Positions 21,187 to 24,000 of a stretch of 24,000 bases of DNA are shown one piece after another; positions within the stretch are counted from its first letter, which is position 1; the number at the start of each line of letters is the position of its first letter. The notes beneath the pieces are model-generated. The model was not told where the DNA came from. It worked only from the letters and a program-made list of their open reading frames with translations, and ran no database searches. This DNA is from an uncultured Methanosarcinales archaeon. Lineage in GTDB: Archaea; Nanobdellota; Nanobdellia; Woesearchaeales; ARS49. The translations under genes and the position numbers were made by a program. The stretch is from NCBI GenBank assembly GCA_964353335.1, contig CAYGVI010000003.1, positions 205,694-229,693 on the forward strand. The letters are read 5' to 3'.

Positions 21187-23403
21187 ATGCTCGCGCAGGG
21201 ATTTACCCCGAGGCTGTATCAGGAAACCATTCTTTCAACAGCTGCGAGTAAGAACACGCTTGTTGTCCTGCCGACTGGAATGGGCAAGACAGCGATTGCA
21301 TTCATGCTTGCCGCTCAAAGGCTGCAGCATTTTCCGCTTTCAAAGATTCTGTTATTGGCGCCCACAAAGCCATTGGCAGAGCAGCATTTGCAGACTTTCA
21401 AGGAAAATATGCAATTGCCTGAGGAAAACTTTGCATTGTTCACAGGCGAAGTGCCTCCTGCGAAAAGGCAGGAAATGTGGCAAAAGGCAAAAGTGATTTT
21501 CTCAACGCCGCAGGGATTGGAAAATGACATTATGTCTGACAAAATCTCCCTTGCAAATGTTTCTTTGCTTGTTTTTGACGAAGCACACCGCGCAACAGGA
21601 GATTACAGCTATAATTTCATAGCAAAGCAGTACAATTCAAAGGCAAAATTCCCAAGAATTCTCGCTTTGACAGCATCTCCTGGCTCTGATGCTTTGAAAA
21701 TTGAGGAGGTGTGCAAGAATTTGTTCATTGAAGGCGTTGAAATCCGCACTGACTCAGACCCTGACGTCCGGCCTTACGTCCAGGAAACAGAGGTTCAGTG
21801 GATAAAAGTGCCATTGCCTCCTGAATTTTTGGATGTTAAAAAATTCCTTGATGCCTGCATAAAAAGCAAGCTTGCGTCATTAAGGGAGCTTGGATTCACA
21901 AAGCCTGTTGATTATTTCAGCAAAAAGGAAATGCTCCTCCTGCAGGGAGAATTGCACGCCAAGCTTGCTGCTGGCGAGCGCGACTTTGAGACAATGAGGG
22001 CATTGTCTGTTGCAGCAGAGGCAATGAAAGTCCAGCACGCTTTGGAGCTTTTGGAAAGCCAGGGAAGCACTACATTGTTCAAATATCTCGATAAAATTAT
22101 GATGGAAGCTGAAACTTCAAAGGTCAAGGCAGTCAAAAACCTTGTCAAGGACATTAATTTCCGCTCTGCTTATGTCAAGGCGCAGAAATTAATCGAGCAA
22201 AAGATTGAGCACCCGAAATTAGCCATTGCCAGAAGCATTGTTTCGCGCGAAATCACAGAAAACAAGCACGCCAAGATTCTGCTTTTCACACAGTTCAGGG
22301 ATTCTGCTGTCAAGATAAAAGAGGAAATTGAGAAAGCCAAGGGCGTTGTTGCTGGAATTTTTGTCGGGCAGGCAAAAAAAGGCGACACTGGATTGTCACA
22401 GAAAAAACAGATTGAGATGCTTGAGCAGTTCAAGGATGGATTGTACAATGTTTTAATCTGCACTTCTGTCGCAGAGGAAGGATTGGACATTCCTTGCGTT
22501 GACCTCGTCATATTTTACGAGCCGATTCCATCTGCAATCCGCACAATCCAGCGAAGAGGCCGCACAGGAAGGCAGGAAAAAGGCAAAGTTGTCGTCTTAA
22601 TGGCGCAGAACACGCGCGATGAAGGTTACAGGTGGAGCGCGCATCACAAGGAAAGAAAAATGCACCAGGTTCTTGCTGAATTAAGGACTGATTTGAGAAA
22701 GAGGTTTCCGAGCCAGCCTCCGCTGATGAAATATGAAAAGCCAGAACAGCCAACTCTTGTCTTTGCTGACTACCGGGAAAAAGGCTCTGGTGTTTTGAAA
22801 GAGCTTGTTGAGCTTGGAGTTTCGCTAAAGCTTGAGATGCTTAATGTCGCTGACTATGTTCTTTCACCGCGGTGCGCTGTTGAATTCAAGACAGTTGAGG
22901 ATTTTGCACAAAGTATAATCGACGGCAGGCTTTTGGACCAATTAAAGAACATTAAGCAGAGCTATGACCGCCCTGTGATTATTGTCGAGGGCTCGCAGGA
23001 CTTGTTCAAGGTCAGGAATATTCACCCGAATGCAATACGCGGAATGCTCGCGACAATTGCAGTGAGCTATGGAATCCCGATAATCTACACAAAGGATGCG
23101 AAAGACACTGCAGCACAGCTTGTCGCGATTGCAAAGCGAGAGCAGGCAGTGAGCAAGGAAACATTCCAGCCGCATGCAGAAAAGCGCGCATCAACAGTTC
23201 AGGAACAGCAGGAATACATTGTCTCTTCTCTTCCAAATGTCGGCTTGAACCTTGCAAAAGAACTTCTCGAACACTTCAAGTCTGTAAAGAACGTTGTAAA
23301 TGCCTCTGAAGAAGAACTAAAGAAAGTCGAAGGCGTTGGCGAAAAGAAAGCAAAAGCGATTAAGGACGCTGTTGAGAAGGAATATCAGAAACCGAAAGCT
23401 TAA
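21187..23403 (+). CDS. hef: Hef (helicase-associated endonuclease for fork-structured DNA), an XPF/ERCC4-family helicase-nuclease
   Basis: The SF2 helicase motifs are LPTGMGKT, DEAH, TASPG and QRRGRTGR. The ERCC4 nuclease domain reads ADYREKGSG...VADYVLSPRCAVEFKTVEDFAQSIIDGRLLDQ. The C-terminus is a tandem HhH (LPNVGLNLAKELL...VEGVGEKKAKAI). Confidence 0.92.
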   Translation: MLAQGFTPRLYQETILSTAASKNTLVVLPTGMGKTAIAFMLAAQRLQHFPLSKILLLAPTKPLAEQHLQTFKENMQLPEENFALFTGEVPPAKRQEMWQKAKVIFSTPQGLENDIMSDKISLANVSLLVFDEAHRATGDYSYNFIAKQYNSKAKFPRILALTASPGSDALKIEEVCKNLFIEGVEIRTDSDPDVRPYVQETEVQWIKVPLPPEFLDVKKFLDACIKSKLASLRELGFTKPVDYFSKKEMLLLQGELHAKLAAGERDFETMRALSVAAEAMKVQHALELLESQGSTTLFKYLDKIMMEAETSKVKAVKNLVKDINFRSAYVKAQKLIEQKIEHPKLAIARSIVSREITENKHAKILLFTQFRDSAVKIKEEIEKAKGVVAGIFVGQAKKGDTGLSQKKQIEMLEQFKDGLYNVLICTSVAEEGLDIPCVDLVIFYEPIPSAIRTIQRRGRTGRQEKGKVVVLMAQNTRDEGYRWSAHHKERKMHQVLAELRTDLRKRFPSQPPLMKYEKPEQPTLVFADYREKGSGVLKELVELGVSLKLEMLNVADYVLSPRCAVEFKTVEDFAQSIIDGRLLDQLKNIKQSYDRPVIIVEGSQDLFKVRNIHPNAIRGMLATIAVSYGIPIIYTKDAKDTAAQLVAIAKREQAVSKETFQPHAEKRASTVQEQQEYIVSSLPNVGLNLAKELLEHFKSVKNVVNASEEELKKVEGVGEKKAKAIKDAVEKEYQKPKA

Positions 23404-23441
23404 TAAGTAAGCTCATTCTTACCAGTAAGACTGGTGAGAAT

Positions 23442-23708
23442 ATGATAGACGTGATTAGTGTGTCATCAAAAGGACAAATCGTGATACCTGAGAAGGTCAG
23501 GGAGCGTTTCGGCATCAATCCAGGTACAAAGCTTGTCCTAATTGAGAAAGAGGACACGCTTCTCCTGAAAAAAGAGGAAGAAGTGGCAAAACACCTTGAA
23601 GAAAGCGAACGAAAGGAAACAATAGGCTGGATGATGCTCGCAGAAAAATCATTGAAGGACGTCTGGGATAATCCAAAAGATAAAAAGGTGTGGAAAAAGT
23701 ACCTATGA
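23442..23708 (+). CDS. mazE: AbrB/SpoVT-domain antitoxin (MazE-like)
   Basis: VSSKGQIVIPEKVRERFGINPGTKLVL is the swapped-hairpin AbrB motif. It overlaps the downstream toxin gene by 4 nt. Confidence 0.85.
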   Translation: MIDVISVSSKGQIVIPEKVRERFGINPGTKLVLIEKEDTLLLKKEEEVAKHLEESERKETIGWMMLAEKSLKDVWDNPKDKKVWKKYL

Positions 23709-24000
23709 AGCAGCGCGATATTGTACTTGTGCCATTTCCGTTCTCTGACACGTCAGGCAGTAAAATCAGGCCTGCTCTAGTTCTTTCAAATGAAAAGTTC
23801 AACAAGGCAAGTAATGACGTGGTTATTTGCGCCATAACAAGCAACCTGAAGCAGACGCCATATTCTCTCGTAATTGACCAGAAGGATATTGAAATCGGAA
23901 AGCTTTATGACATAAGCACTATCAAGGCAGAGAGCATTGCGAAAATTAACAAGTCATTTGTTCTTAAAACAATTGCCATGCTTAAAAAACAGGCATTTAC
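23705..24000 (+). CDS. mazF: MazF/PemK-family toxin endoribonuclease (partial, runs off the window end)
   Basis: My own translation from ATG 23705 gives MKQRDIVLVPFPFSDTSGSKIRPALVLSNEKFN..VVICAITSN..., the PemK/MazF N-terminal signature. There is no stop before position 24000. Confidence 0.85.
   Translation, partial: MKQRDIVLVPFPFSDTSGSKIRPALVLSNEKFNKASNDVVICAITSNLKQTPYSLVIDQKDIEIGKLYDISTIKAESIAKINKSFVLKTIAMLKKQAF

Overview
The window is a gene-dense archaeal chromosomal segment. The archaeal origin is supported by PCNA, a Hef/XPF helicase-nuclease, archaeal-type RNase J, two intron-containing tRNAs, and TATA boxes placed 22-24 nt upstream of start codons (a leaderless pattern). The gene content looks euryarchaeal or DPANN-like, but I cannot place the taxon from sequence alone.

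Calls I am confident of: GyrA (with the GyrA box), a THUMP-domain methyltransferase coupled to gyrA, an AlkD-like DNA alkylation repair protein, ScpB with a long acidic tail, RNase J, PCNA, a YbaK-type deacylase, an HTH plus double-LAGLIDADG protein, tRNA-Leu(CAA), tRNA-Gly(CCC), a PRC-barrel protein, a TraB-family protein, Hef, and a MazE/MazF pair that runs off the 3' edge.

Roughly half of the coding capacity is unrecognisable. The most interesting unexplained structures are:
1. Three translationally coupled coiled-coil genes at 7674-8901; the first two are clearly paralogous and the third is more weakly related.
2. An operon at 18091-20225 with a CYTH/TTM-like protein between two different P-loop kinase-like proteins, placed divergently from a TrmB-like regulator.
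3. An operon at 11734-13217 encoding a 6 x 29-aa solenoid-repeat protein, a B-box-like zinc finger and a coiled-coil protein.
4. Unusual tRNA-linked structure. The tRNA-Leu 3' end is duplicated and its intron is complementary to the trailer. tRNA-like fragments with a perfect 15-nt direct repeat lie upstream of a LAGLIDADG ORF that reads through a complete tRNA-Gly gene.
5. A relic copy of the methyltransferase 3' end that brackets an orphan gene.

I found no CRISPR array, transposase or integrase.
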